DNA of 64,000 nt from Candidatus Sumerlaeia bacterium (GTDB lineage: Bacteria; Sumerlaeota; Sumerlaeia; SLMS01; JANRJK01): the NCBI GenBank assembly GCA_033764015.1, contig JANRJK010000055.1:1-64000 (forward strand). The letters run 5' to 3'. Position numbers and translations under genes: made by a program. Position 1 is the stretch's first letter. Each line of letters starts with the position of its first letter. Below the pieces are notes generated by a model. The model had not been told where the DNA came from. It ran no database searches and saw nothing but the letters and a program-made list of their open reading frames with translations. Shown here in pieces: positions 25,985 to 36,658 of the stretch.

Positions 25985-28900
25985 ATGGCTCACCCGCCAC
26001 TGCGCCGCGCGGCCACGCTAGCGATGGTACTCGCGGCCGCCTCCGCCGCGCACGCCACCATCCATGTTTCCACCCAAGGTGCCGACAGCGGCGACGGGCG
26101 CAACCCATCGGCGCCGGTCCGGTCCCTCGCCTATGCGCTCTCCCAAGCCGCGGTCGGCGAAGAGGTTCGCGTGGCCAAGGGCACCTACACCGGCAAGGTC
26201 CCCGTACTACAAGCGGTCGAGATCCTCGGCGGCTGGAACGAGTCTTTTACCACGCAGGACACCGCGAATCCGCAGGACACGGTGCTCACCCCCGCTACCG
26301 CGGGCGCGTCGCGCGTCGTCGAAGTCGACGGCTCCCTCTTCGCCGGTTCCACCTTGAGAATCCGCCAACTCACCATCCGCGACGGCAACGCCGGCAGTGA
26401 GACCGTCGGCCCTGGCCAAGGCGGCGGCATCTACGCCCCGATGGTGCCCGAACTCGTCCTTGACGGAGTCGTGATCGAGAACAACGTGGCGCGCTCCGCA
26501 TACGACAGCGTCGGCGACAGGGCGGACGGCGAGGGCGGCGGTGTCTACACGGGCGCGGGCACCCTCACAGTCCTGGACTCCACGATAAGATCCAACACAG
26601 GAACAACGGGTGACACTGGCGGCAGCGGAGCGGACGTCGGGGATGGACTCGGCGGCGGCATTCACATCATCTATCGGCGCTCCGCCCCCGGACAGAACAT
26701 CGAAATCCGAAAAACCACCTTCCAGCAAAACCGCGCCCAGAACACCCCGCAGAACTTCTCCGGCAACCAGTTCGGAAGTGGCTTCGGCGGTGGCATCTAC
26801 ATTGGCGATGGCGGCGGCGCGGAGGACCCCAACGCGGGGCTCAGCATCCTCATCGACAACTCGAACTTCATCAGCAACAACGGCATCGGCGTCTCCGCGG
26901 ATGACGACGAGGCTGCGGGCGGCGGCATCGCCGTCAACCTGCCGAACATGAGCAGCGCCGCCGCCGGACGGAGCACTCTCACCGTTTCCGACACGGCCTT
27001 CCAGACCAACATCGCCGGCAACGGAGGCAGCAACTCCGTCCTCTCCGGCCAGTTCAACGAGGGCGGCGGCATCTGGACCCGGACGCCGAAGGCCTTCCCA
27101 ATCGTCATCGGGGGCTGCGCGTTCGATTTGAACTTCGGCGAGGACCGCGTCGGCGTCTCGGGCGGTTTCGGCGGCGGGGCATCCCTCAACGGCGGCACCG
27201 TGACGATCACGAACTCCACCTTCACGAACAACATTGGCGGGTCGAACGGCTGCAACGGGGCGGGTGGCGCCATCGCGGCGAACGGCACCGAGCTGCTCGT
27301 CGAGCGCTGCAACTTCATGAACAACCAAGGCATCGACGTGCCGGACACGTTCTGCTTCGGGCTCTTCTCGGCGGACGGCGGCGCGATCTACTACACGAAC
27401 CCGACGAACCCCACGCAGGCCGGCGACCTGACGGTGGTGAACTGCTTCTTCACCGACAACTACGGTTCCACCTCGACGTCGGTCCCCAGCAGCAGCCAGT
27501 TCGGCGGGGCGATCTTCGCAGACGCCAAGTCGGGCACGGTCCGCGTCCTGAACAACTCGTTCTACAACAGCCAAGACAAGACCCCGGCGGCGGTGGCGAT
27601 CGCCTCGGGCGCCATCGAGATGGTGAACAACTTGATCTTTGGCTTCCTGAATGGCCTCTTCCTCGAGGACGGAACCTCAATCACCAACATCGCCTTCTGG
27701 ATCATGGACCTCTTCGAATCCGGACTCGCCGCGTTCACCGGCGGTCCAGGCGCACCGGCCACCACCGACCCCAGCCTCGTCGATGCGGACCCGAAGTTCA
27801 CCGACCCAGCCAATGGCGACCTGCACCTGCAGGGCGGCTCCCCCGCGATCGACGCGGGCACGACACTCACCGGTGTGGACACCGACATCGATGGCGATCC
27901 GCGCCCCGTCGGCAACGCCCCCGACATCGGCGCCGACGAATTCGTCGCGCCACCCGACCCGGATCTAGATTTCGGCGACGCGCCGGACACCTACGGCACC
28001 ACGCTCGCCGCCAACGGCGCGCGCCAGCAGAATCCCCTCTTCATCCCCTATCCGTTCTTCGACGGTTCGCCCGACCAAGAGGCGGACGGCCAGCCAAACG
28101 CCAACGCCCTCGGCGACGACAACGACGGCCTGGACGACGAAGACGGCCTCGCGCAAGTCACGAGCTGCATCCTCCCCGGCGTCACCGACCTCGTGATCCC
28201 GAGGCAGGCCGACGGCGAGGCGTCGCTCCTCGTCACCTACCACGACAACGCGCACATCACCGGATGGATCGACTTCAACGGCAACGGCCAGTTCGACGAC
28301 GGCCCCGAATCGGTGATCGACCAGGCGCTCCCGACGGTCCAGAGCACCTTCACCATCCCGGTCACCTTCCCGGTGGCCGCCAGCACGGCGCAGGCCCCGG
28401 GCACGACCACCTTCTCGCGCTTCCGCATCAACAACGCGGGACGCACCGGACCGCTCGGCCTCGGCGGCTTCGGCGAGGTGGAGGACCACAAGGTCCACTT
28501 CGCGCGCACCGTCGACGCTGCGGTGTCGGTCAAGGTGCTCAACCGCTCCGGCGCCGGCGGCGAGAACATCGACATCACCTACGAACTCACGAACCTCGGC
28601 CCGCAGGCGCTCGACGCCTTCGTCGCCGCGAACGTCCGCGCGATCGACGAGAAGGGGCGCCTGATCGAGGACGGCGCCGTCATCTCAGACCGGTACCTCA
28701 CCCTTACCTCCGTCACACCCGGCGGCGCAGGCGCCACGACCGTTCTGGGAACCGGCTTCCAAACCCTCGGCCTCGCCACCGGCCAGGTCGCCACGGTCGC
28801 CGTCCGCTACCAGGTGAAGCCGAACAACCGCGCGGCGCTCATCATCCTCAATCCGACCGCATGCACGCTGGACCACGACACGAACTTCGCCAACGACGAG

Positions 28901-29089
28901 GCGACGAATTTCTTCATCGTCTTCAGGAGGACGCCCCCCGGCCTGGAGGCGATCGAGAGGATCATCACCAAGCTAAACTCCACGACGGATCCGGACGAGC
29001 TCGCCACGTTCGACGTGAACGGCGACAAGGTGGTCGATGCCTCCGACCTGATCCGCATTCGCCAGTCGCAGAAGCCGTCCGACCAGTAG
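25985..29089 (+). CDS. Large secreted protein: right-handed beta-helix (GGG[I/A] repeats), choice-of-anchor-Q-like segment, GEVED domain, Ig-like domain and C-terminal dockerin-like motif
   Basis: Signal peptide ending AAHA; repeated GGGI/GGAI...F..N; DLHLQGGSPAIDAG...DIGADE; DFGDAPDTYGT; WIDFNGNGQF; GEVEDH; DVNGDKVVDASDL. Confidence 0.85.
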   Translation: MAHPPLRRAATLAMVLAAASAAHATIHVSTQGADSGDGRNPSAPVRSLAYALSQAAVGEEVRVAKGTYTGKVPVLQAVEILGGWNESFTTQDTANPQDTVLTPATAGASRVVEVDGSLFAGSTLRIRQLTIRDGNAGSETVGPGQGGGIYAPMVPELVLDGVVIENNVARSAYDSVGDRADGEGGGVYTGAGTLTVLDSTIRSNTGTTGDTGGSGADVGDGLGGGIHIIYRRSAPGQNIEIRKTTFQQNRAQNTPQNFSGNQFGSGFGGGIYIGDGGGAEDPNAGLSILIDNSNFISNNGIGVSADDDEAAGGGIAVNLPNMSSAAAGRSTLTVSDTAFQTNIAGNGGSNSVLSGQFNEGGGIWTRTPKAFPIVIGGCAFDLNFGEDRVGVSGGFGGGASLNGGTVTITNSTFTNNIGGSNGCNGAGGAIAANGTELLVERCNFMNNQGIDVPDTFCFGLFSADGGAIYYTNPTNPTQAGDLTVVNCFFTDNYGSTSTSVPSSSQFGGAIFADAKSGTVRVLNNSFYNSQDKTPAAVAIASGAIEMVNNLIFGFLNGLFLEDGTSITNIAFWIMDLFESGLAAFTGGPGAPATTDPSLVDADPKFTDPANGDLHLQGGSPAIDAGTTLTGVDTDIDGDPRPVGNAPDIGADEFVAPPDPDLDFGDAPDTYGTTLAANGARQQNPLFIPYPFFDGSPDQEADGQPNANALGDDNDGLDDEDGLAQVTSCILPGVTDLVIPRQADGEASLLVTYHDNAHITGWIDFNGNGQFDDGPESVIDQALPTVQSTFTIPVTFPVAASTAQAPGTTTFSRFRINNAGRTGPLGLGGFGEVEDHKVHFARTVDAAVSVKVLNRSGAGGENIDITYELTNLGPQALDAFVAANVRAIDEKGRLIEDGAVISDRYLTLTSVTPGGAGATTVLGTGFQTLGLATGQVATVAVRYQVKPNNRAALIILNPTACTLDHDTNFANDEATNFFIVFRRTPPGLEAIERIITKLNSTTDPDELATFDVNGDKVVDASDLIRIRQSQKPSDQ

Positions 29090-29116
29090 CCCCCCCGGAC
29101 CGCCGCCTCTCCTCCG

Positions 29117-29147
29117 ACGCCCCCGGAGCTCCGCGCTCCGGGGGCGT
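29117..29147 (+). terminator. Putative terminator hairpin after the secreted protein gene
   Basis: 13-bp stem ACGCCCCCGGAGC/GCTCCGGGGGCGT with a poor U-tract. Confidence 0.5.
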
Positions 29148-29412
29148 TCCGCATCCTGCCCCCCGCCGCGAGCTCCCCGGCGGGACATTCCCCCTTGCGC
29201 GCCCCGCGGGCCCCGGCGCCCAATGGCTCACGGTATGAACAACCGCCGTTCTCCTTCCCCTGTCCAGTCACCTGTCGGGATTTTTATGCGTCCCCGGCCA
29301 GCCCGCCGACCATCGGCGAGCGGTCCGGAGGCGGATATGAATTCCGATTCGTGGCGATTGGACCGGGGCGACATCCCAAGAAAAGGGCCCTCCGGCCCCG
29401 GAGCCGCACCAC

Positions 29413-31713
29413 ATGGCAGAACAACTGCAATTCGAGGAGCATAAGGGTCTCAACTTCACCGAGACCGTCCTCCACATCCCCTTCGGCGACGGCAAGACGC
29501 TCAAACTCGCCACCGGCAAACTGGCCAAGCAGGCCGCCGGCGCCGTCATCGCAACCCTCGGCGACACCACGGTACTCGTCGCCTGCGTCATGAGCGACAA
29601 GGAATCGCCGCTCGACTTCTTCCCCCTCCTGGTCGATTTCCGCGAGAAGTTCTACGCCGGCGGACGCATCCCCGGCGGCTTCTTCAAGCGCGAAGCCCGC
29701 CCCTCCGACGGCGAAACGCTCCAGGCGCGCCTCATCGACCGCACGATCCGCCCCCTCTTCCCCGAGGGCTTCAAGCGCGAGGTGCAGGTCTACGTCACGG
29801 TCCTGTCGACCGACGGCGAGCACCAGCAGGACCTGGTCGCCATGTGCGCCGCCGGCGCCGCCCTCCACATCTCCGAAATCCCCATGATCAAGCCGATCGC
29901 CGGCGTCCGCATGGGCCTCGTGGACGGCAAGCTCGTCCTCAACCCCACCCGCTCCGAGCTCGCGCCCAGCGCCCTCGACCTCGTCGTCGCCGGACACCGC
30001 GACGCCATCAACATGGTCGAGTGCGGCGCCAAGGAGGTCTCCGAGGACACCCTCGTGGAGGCCCTCGAAGCCGCCCACGCCCAGATCAAGACCGTCTGCG
30101 ACGCCATCGACAAGCTCCGCGAGCGCGTCGGAAAGCCCAAGATCGAGTTCACCGCGCCCGCCCGCGACGAAGCGCTCTACAAGCGCGTCGAAAGGCTCAT
30201 GGCTCCGCACCTCCCGGAAATCCACGCGGAACTCACCAAGGACGGCCGCGAGTCCCGCCTCAAGCAGGCCAAGGCCGACGTCGCCGCCGCCCTCGCCGCC
30301 GAGTACCCCGAGCGCGAATCCGAGATCAAGGCCTTCGCCGAAACCGTCGACGAAATGGCCATGCGCAAGCGCGTCATCAAGGACGGCGTCCGCGCCGACG
30401 GACGCCGCTCCACCGAGATCCGCCCCATCTGGATCGAGGCCGACGTCCTCCCCCGCGTCCACGGCAGCGCCATCTTCACCCGCGGCCAGACGCAGGCCCT
30501 CGCCGTCACCACGCTCGGCTCCCCCAAGGAGTCGCAGATGATCGACGACATGACGGGCATCACCTACAAGCGCTTCATGCTCCATTACAACTTCCCGAGC
30601 TTCTCCGTCGGCGAAGCCCGCCCGCCCCGCGGCCCGGGCCGGCGCGAGATCGGCCACGGCGCCCTCGCCGAGCGCGCCCTCGCCGCCGTCGTCCCCGGCC
30701 CCGACGAGTTCCCCTACACGGTCCGCCTCGTCATCGAGATCCTCGAGTCCAACGGCTCCTCTTCCATGGCGACGGTCTGCTCCGGCGTCCTCGCGCTCAT
30801 GGACGCCGGCGTGCCCGTCAAGGCGCCCGTCGCCGGCATCGCCATGGGCCTCATCACCGACGACTCCGGCGGCGCCGTGGTCCTCTCCGACATCCAGGGC
30901 ATCGAGGACCACCTCGGCGACATGGACTTCAAGGTGACCGGCACCCGCAAGGGCGTCACCGCCCTCCAGATGGACATCAAGGTCGAGGGCGTCACCCGCG
31001 ACCTGCTCGCCAAGGCGCTCCACCAGGCGCGCGAAGGCCGCGAGTACATCCTCTCGAAGATGGAAGCGGTCCTTTCCGCCCCGCGCGAGGAGATGAAGCC
31101 CCAGACCCCGCGCATCATCATCATCCAGATCCCCACCGAGAAGATCCGCGAGGTCATCGGCTCCGGCGGAAAGGTCATCCGCGAAATCGTCGAACTCTCC
31201 GGCGCCCAGGTGGACATCGAGGACGGCGGCCAGGTCTACATCATGGCCTCCGACCAGGCCGCCAGCGACCGCGCCATCGCCATGATCCGCAACATCGTCG
31301 AGGACGTCGAAGTCGGCGCCGTCGTCTCCGGACCCGTAATCCGCATCATCGAAGCGGGCGCCATCGTCCAGCTCGGCCCCGGCAAGGACGGCCTCATCCA
31401 CATCAGCGAACTCGAACACCGCCGCGTGAACGCCGTCACCGACGTGCTCTCCGAAGGCGAAATGGTCGAAGTCAAGGTGATCGAGGTCGACAAGGACCGC
31501 GGACGCATCCGCCTCAGCCGCAAGGCCCTCCTCCCCGTCCCCGAAGGCCACGTCCCGCAGGAATCCCGCGGACCGCGCCCGGACCGCGGAGACCGCGGCG
31601 ATCGCGGCGGCGACCGCCGCGGCGGCGACCGCGACCGTGGCGGCGACCGCGGAGGACGCCCCCGCCCGCCGCGCCCGCCCCGCGAAAACTCCGGCGGCCA
31701 CCGCGAAGACTGA
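29413..31713 (+). CDS. pnp: Polyribonucleotide nucleotidyltransferase (PNPase)
   Basis: IPGGFFKRE, RLIDRTIRPLFP, FTRGQTQ, RREIGHG, ESNGSSSMA and DMDFKV motifs, plus KH and S1 domains. Confidence 0.98.
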   Translation: MAEQLQFEEHKGLNFTETVLHIPFGDGKTLKLATGKLAKQAAGAVIATLGDTTVLVACVMSDKESPLDFFPLLVDFREKFYAGGRIPGGFFKREARPSDGETLQARLIDRTIRPLFPEGFKREVQVYVTVLSTDGEHQQDLVAMCAAGAALHISEIPMIKPIAGVRMGLVDGKLVLNPTRSELAPSALDLVVAGHRDAINMVECGAKEVSEDTLVEALEAAHAQIKTVCDAIDKLRERVGKPKIEFTAPARDEALYKRVERLMAPHLPEIHAELTKDGRESRLKQAKADVAAALAAEYPERESEIKAFAETVDEMAMRKRVIKDGVRADGRRSTEIRPIWIEADVLPRVHGSAIFTRGQTQALAVTTLGSPKESQMIDDMTGITYKRFMLHYNFPSFSVGEARPPRGPGRREIGHGALAERALAAVVPGPDEFPYTVRLVIEILESNGSSSMATVCSGVLALMDAGVPVKAPVAGIAMGLITDDSGGAVVLSDIQGIEDHLGDMDFKVTGTRKGVTALQMDIKVEGVTRDLLAKALHQAREGREYILSKMEAVLSAPREEMKPQTPRIIIIQIPTEKIREVIGSGGKVIREIVELSGAQVDIEDGGQVYIMASDQAASDRAIAMIRNIVEDVEVGAVVSGPVIRIIEAGAIVQLGPGKDGLIHISELEHRRVNAVTDVLSEGEMVEVKVIEVDKDRGRIRLSRKALLPVPEGHVPQESRGPRPDRGDRGDRGGDRRGGDRDRGGDRGGRPRPPRPPRENSGGHRED

Positions 31714-31746
31714 TCCGCGGCCCCGAAACATAACCAGCAACGCCTA

Positions 31747-31779
31747 GGGGCCGGCCTTCGGGCCGGCCCCGCTGTTCTT
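31747..31779 (+). terminator. Terminator hairpin after pnp
   Basis: GGGGCCGGCC-TTCG-GGCCGGCCCC, a perfect 10-bp stem with a cUUCGg loop, then GCTGTTCTT. Confidence 0.7.
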
Positions 31780-31919
31780 CAGCGACGAAGGCTCAAGGCA
31801 CGGGTAACGATCCGCCACCCTGCCGGCCATCCCCGCTTCGAGCGATGGCATGCGCTGGCGAGAGACCAGCGCATTGTTTCCAAGAGGGTGGCTTCCGCGG
31901 ATCAGGTCGCCGCGCCCGC

Positions 31920-32729
31920 CTAACCGCCGCACTCCGTCCCCGGCAGGTCGCGCAGCTCCGTGATCGTCGGCGCGTCGCCGCACAGCGCGCACGCCGGGTC
32001 GCGGCGGAAGCGCACCTCCCGGAAGCCCGCGCGGAGTCCGTCGTATCGCAGCAGCCGGCCGGAGAGCGGCTCGCCGATGCCGAGCAGCAGCTTCAGCGCC
32101 TCCATCGCCATCAGGCTCCCCACCACGCCCGCCAGCGCGCCGAGCACGCCCGCCTGCGAACACGTCGGCACCTCGCCGTCCCGCGGCGGGTCGGGGAACA
32201 GGCAGCGGTAGCACGGCGCGCCGCCGCCGGGCGTGTGCGGAAACACCGCCGCCTGGCCCTCGAACTGCAGGATCGCGCCGCTGACCAGCGGCACCCCGAG
32301 CAGGTGGCACGCGTCGTTCACCAGGTAGCGCGTCGCGAAGTTGTCGGAGCCGTCGAGGACCGCGTCGGCGCCGCCGAGCAGCGCGCGCGCGTTGGCGGCG
32401 CGGAGCCGCACCGCGTGCGATTCGGCGCGGGCGCCCGGGTTGATCCGCGCGGCGGCGGCGGCGGCGCTCTCCGCCTTAGCGCGGCCCACGTCCGGCGTGC
32501 CGTGCGCGATCTGCCGCTGAAGGTTCGACAGCTCGACCGTGTCGTCGTCGATGATGCGCAGCGCCCCCACGCCCGCCGCCGCGAGGTAGAGCGCGGCGGG
32601 CGAGCCGAGCCCGCCGGCGCCCACCAGCGCCACGGTCGCGCCGAGCAGCCGCCGCTGGCCCGCGCCGCCCACGCCGGGCAGCAGGATGTTGCGCGAATAG
32701 CGCTGGATGGCGTCGTCGTCGAAGCGCAT
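31920..32729 (-). CDS. moeB: ThiF/MoeB family adenylyltransferase
   Basis: RYSRNILL, GAGGLG, SNLQRQ, DGSDNFATRY, CYRC and CALC motifs. Confidence 0.9.
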   Translation of the reverse strand: MRFDDDAIQRYSRNILLPGVGGAGQRRLLGATVALVGAGGLGSPAALYLAAAGVGALRIIDDDTVELSNLQRQIAHGTPDVGRAKAESAAAAAARINPGARAESHAVRLRAANARALLGGADAVLDGSDNFATRYLVNDACHLLGVPLVSGAILQFEGQAAVFPHTPGGGAPCYRCLFPDPPRDGEVPTCSQAGVLGALAGVVGSLMAMEALKLLLGIGEPLSGRLLRYDGLRAGFREVRFRRDPACALCGDAPTITELRDLPGTECGG

Positions 32730-32866
32730 GGCGGGAAATCCCGGTCGGCGTGGCGTTCCCGCGGTCGGCGGGGGAGCGGATGGGGGGGGGCCGCGTTGCG
32801 CCCCGGTGCTTTTTCCTTGCCGGTCAAGGCGCGGCGCAGTAGCTTTCGGGGCTGACCGAAAGAACG

Positions 32867-32908
32867 AAAAAAAAGGCGTTGACTCGCGGGGTGCCCTGAG
32901 GGACACCT
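32867..32908 (+). promoter_or_regulatory. Putative sigma70 promoter of the tuf-S10 operon
   Basis: A-tract (32867-32874) then TTGACT (32879-32884). The -10 element is non-canonical (ACACCT). Confidence 0.4.
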
Positions 32909-33265
32909 CTTGGCTCGCGCGGCAAGCGGTCTTGTGTGCCTCCAGCACCGGGCCATGCGCGGGTTGCGGGTCGCGGAGTCCCTCACCGCGACGGGTTCCC
33001 TAAAGGGCCACCGCTCGTCTCTCTAGTAGGAAGCGAGGGCGCCTTCCGACCTCCGGTGATACGTCCGTGTCCCGGGGCCGAGAACAGCGCCTTCCCAACT
33101 AGAAAACGATGAAGGGCGGTAAGCGGCTGGTCCGCTCGCCGTCCGCGGTGCCCGGCGGGAAGCCGGAACGGAACAAGGGGGCCCTCCCCGGGCCGCCGCA
33201 GGACGGGGTAGCCACGCGCGCAGCGGAGCCTGCCCGCAACATCAAACGCCTTCGGAGACGCCACC

Positions 33266-34453
<1,188 letters not shown>

Positions 34454-34562
34454 CGCAACTCGGCGCGGGCGCCGGACGGGACCTGTTCCCGCCGGCGCCC
34501 GCGGCGCTTTTTCCGGCCCGCCCCCGCGGCGGCGCCGCACCAGGCAAAGGACTGAACGCAAG

Positions 34563-34877
34563 ATGGCGAGCAAAGTGATCCGCATCAACCTCCGCTCCTT
34601 CGACCAGCGCCTGCTGGACTCGTCGGTCGGATCCATCGTCGAGACGGCGCGCGGCACCGGCGCCTCCATCGCCGGCCCGATCCCCATGCCGACGCGCATC
34701 CAGCGCTACACGGTCCAGCGCTCGCCGCACGGCGACAAGAAGTCGCGCGAGCAGTTCGAAATGCGGTCCCACAAGCGCCTGATCGACCTCATCGACCCGA
34801 CGCCGAAGACACTCGACGAGCTCCAGAGCCTGGACCTCCCCGCGGGCGTCCACGTCGAGATCAAGCTGACCAGCTGA
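34563..34877 (+). CDS. rpsJ: 30S ribosomal protein S10
   Basis: [21 protein letters not shown] motifs and operon position. Confidence 0.98.
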   Translation: MASKVIRINLRSFDQRLLDSSVGSIVETARGTGASIAGPIPMPTRIQRYTVQRSPHGDKKSREQFEMRSHKRLIDLIDPTPKTLDELQSLDLPAGVHVEIKLTS

Positions 34878-35022
34878 CATACCCCCTCCCGGGTACGCGC
34901 CCCAAAGGCGAACGGCCCGGAGCAAGACGACGGAACCCACACGGCGTCGACGACCATTAAGCCGCAAAGGCGCCCCAACCGGCGACGGCGGCGCGGCATC
35001 CCCGAAGTAGCGAGAAGCCATC

Positions 35023-35652
35023 ATGGCCATCGGAATTCTTGGTAAAAAGCTTGGAATGAGCCAAATGTTCGACGAGAACGGCTCCCTCATTCCCGTGACG
35101 CTGATCCAGGCCGGGCCCTGCCCGGTCCTCGAGAAGCGCGTGAAGGACCGCGACGGCTACACCGCCGTCCAGCTCGGCTTCGACGAGCAGAAGGCGAGCC
35201 GCGTCAACAAGCCGGACGCCGGACGCTTCGCCAAGGCCGGCGCCGCGCCGCAGCGCTTCGTCCGCGAATTCCGCGGCGACGGCGCCGCCGCGCTCGAAGT
35301 CGGACAGTCCGTCGACGTCAATATCTTCGCCGCCGGCGAAAAGGTGGACATCACCGGCACCAGCCGGGGACGCGGCTTCGCCGGCCCCCGCAAGCGCCAC
35401 CACCTCACCCCCGGCCCCGTGACGCACGGTTCCATGTACCACAACCGCGTCGGCTCCAACGGCGGCTCCTCCTTCCCCTCCCGCACCTTCCCGGGGAAGA
35501 AGATGTCCGGCCACATGGGCGACTCCCGCGTCACCGTCAAGAAGCTCACCGTCGTCAAGACCGACCCCGAGAACAACCTCCTCATTGTCAAGGGGTCTGT
35601 CCCGGGATCGCCCGACGGCTACGTCATGGTCCACAAGCTGGCCGACAAGTAA
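35023..35652 (+). CDS. rplC: 50S ribosomal protein L3
   Basis: GKKLGMSQ, DGYTAVQLG and GKKMSGHMG motifs. Confidence 0.98.
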   Translation: MAIGILGKKLGMSQMFDENGSLIPVTLIQAGPCPVLEKRVKDRDGYTAVQLGFDEQKASRVNKPDAGRFAKAGAAPQRFVREFRGDGAAALEVGQSVDVNIFAAGEKVDITGTSRGRGFAGPRKRHHLTPGPVTHGSMYHNRVGSNGGSSFPSRTFPGKKMSGHMGDSRVTVKKLTVVKTDPENNLLIVKGSVPGSPDGYVMVHKLADK

Positions 35653-35680
35653 CCGCTGAGAGAAGAGCAGGAATCGAACG

Positions 35681-36310
35681 ATGCCTACTGTGGCCATGAA
35701 GAAACTGGACGGCTCCGCGAACGGCTCCCTCGAGCTGTCCGCCGAAGCGTTCCCCGCCGAAGGCAACTCCTTCGTCGTCCGCGAGGCGCTCAACGCCTTC
35801 GAGGCGAACCAGCGCCAGGGCACGCACTCCACGAAGACCCGCGGCTTCGTCTCCGGCGGCGGCAAGAAGCCGTGGCGCCAGAAGGGCACGGGCCGCGCCC
35901 GCGCCGGCTCCACGCGCTCCCCGATCTGGCGCCACGGCGCCATCGTCTTCGGACCGAAGCCGCGCGACTACCGCGAGAAGGTGAACCGCCGCAAGCGGCG
36001 CATCGCCCTCTCCGCGGTCCTCGGCGCCCGCCTCGCGGAAGGTCGCCTCCTCGTGATCGACAGCGCCGAAGGCGCCCCGGTCCGCACCAAGGAAGTCGCC
36101 GCCCTCGCCAAGCGCCTCGGCGCCCAGGGCCGCACGCTCTTCGTCACCCGCGAAGTCAACGACGCGCTCGTCCGCTCCACCCGCAACCACCCGATGATCG
36201 GTGTCCAGGTCGCGAACGCGCTCGATGTGTACCAACTGCTCTGCGCCGAAACGCTCGTCTTCACCAAGGACGCGCTCGAAGCGGTGCAGGCGAATCTCGA
36301 GAAGAACTGA
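35681..36310 (+). CDS. rplD: 50S ribosomal protein L4
   Basis: KPWRQKGTGRARAG and FGPKPRDY motifs. Confidence 0.98.
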   Translation: MPTVAMKKLDGSANGSLELSAEAFPAEGNSFVVREALNAFEANQRQGTHSTKTRGFVSGGGKKPWRQKGTGRARAGSTRSPIWRHGAIVFGPKPRDYREKVNRRKRRIALSAVLGARLAEGRLLVIDSAEGAPVRTKEVAALAKRLGAQGRTLFVTREVNDALVRSTRNHPMIGVQVANALDVYQLLCAETLVFTKDALEAVQANLEKN

Positions 36311-36324
36311 GGAGCCCGCGGCCG

Positions 36325-36612
36325 ATGCGCTCGCCCTATAAAATCATCCTCCGGCCCGTCTTCACGGAGCGCGCGGTCGCGCTCCAGCAGCTCGCCGATC
36401 CGCAGTACACGTTCGACGTGCTCCCCGACGCCAACAAGCGCGAGATCCGCTCGGCGGTCGAGCAGGCCTTCAACGTGAAGGTCAGCGCCGTCAACACGAT
36501 CGTCCGCAAGGGCAAGGCGGGACGCTTCGGCTTCTCCCGCATGGGCCGCCGCGCCGAACGCAAGCTCGCCATCGTCACCCTGGCTCCCGGCCAGAAGATC
36601 GAATTCGTCTAA
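36325..36612 (+). CDS. rplW: 50S ribosomal protein L23
   Basis: [32 protein letters not shown] motifs; GAGGAG RBS. Confidence 0.95.
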   Translation: MRSPYKIILRPVFTERAVALQQLADPQYTFDVLPDANKREIRSAVEQAFNVKVSAVNTIVRKGKAGRFGFSRMGRRAERKLAIVTLAPGQKIEFV

Positions 36613-36658
36613 AGGAGACCCGGCCCCCGCGGGCCGGCGGAAACGAGAGCCAGAGACC

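Noticed and set aside
31581..31660. GGCGACCGC-type tandem DNA repeats
   Set aside because: They simply encode the Arg/Gly/Asp-rich PNPase tail; not an independent repeat element.
29284..31740. 818-aa ORF antisense to pnp, and similar long antisense ORFs across the ribosomal cluster
   Set aside because: Mirror frames produced by strong codon bias in highly expressed genes.
32909..33265. tRNA cluster upstream of tuf
   Set aside because: No T-loop GTTCGA/GTTCAA motif or cloverleaf found by eye; a tRNAscan-SE run would settle it.
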